A stretch of 64,000 bases of DNA from Podarcis filfolensis (Eukaryota): NCBI GenBank assembly GCA_964270895.1, contig OZ185435.1; one strand, 5' to 3'. The notes under the pieces are model-generated. The model made no database searches and was not told the origin of the DNA. It saw nothing but the letters and a program-made list of their open reading frames with translations. Positions 63,862 through 64,000 of the stretch are shown in pieces. The number at the start of each line of letters is the position of its first letter. The first letter of the stretch is position 1. The position numbers and the translations under genes are program-made.

Positions 63862-64000
63862 CAAGGAAGAATCTTATGTCCCCATACACTCAACCTTCAA
63901 CTAAAATCTTGTAAACAACCATTTTAGTTTAATTAATACACACAGAACATTAAAATCCTGGCAAAGATTTCTAGTTCCTGAACCTCAGTATCCCTCAACT

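Overview
Eukaryotic, AT-rich, CpG-depleted vertebrate DNA. The repeat content (Sauria SINEs with (TTTACC)n tails, Bov-B, squamate-type L2/CR1, hAT and Tc1/mariner MITEs, Penelope stubs) points to a squamate, probably a lacertid lizard (inference). The window is the 5' part of the minus-strand gene SBF2 (MTMR13). Four coding exons of the N-terminal uDENN/cDENN region are visible with canonical splice sites and matching phases: 58191-58276, 20635-20772, 2538-2651 and 1-80 (cut by the window edge). Exon numbers 2-5 follow my recollection of the human gene. Everything else is intron: about 37 kb, 18 kb and 2.5 kb. I see no prokaryotic-type system, CRISPR array, rRNA or tRNA gene, viral insertion or second recognisable gene. 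The best new-biology leads are (i) a candidate internal first exon at 52500-52553 that would give SBF2 an 18-aa hydrophobic, Cys-rich N-terminus in frame with exon 3, and (ii) a pair of candidate micro-exons (28+32 nt) that keep the frame only when included together. Both are unverified inferences. Well-supported retrotransposition oddities are two different SINEs stacked at one site with a triplicated 14-bp target, a 5'-inverted Bov-B, and a local duplication that preserves filled and empty insertion sites. Comparisons with human proteins and repeat consensuses are from memory, not from database searches.
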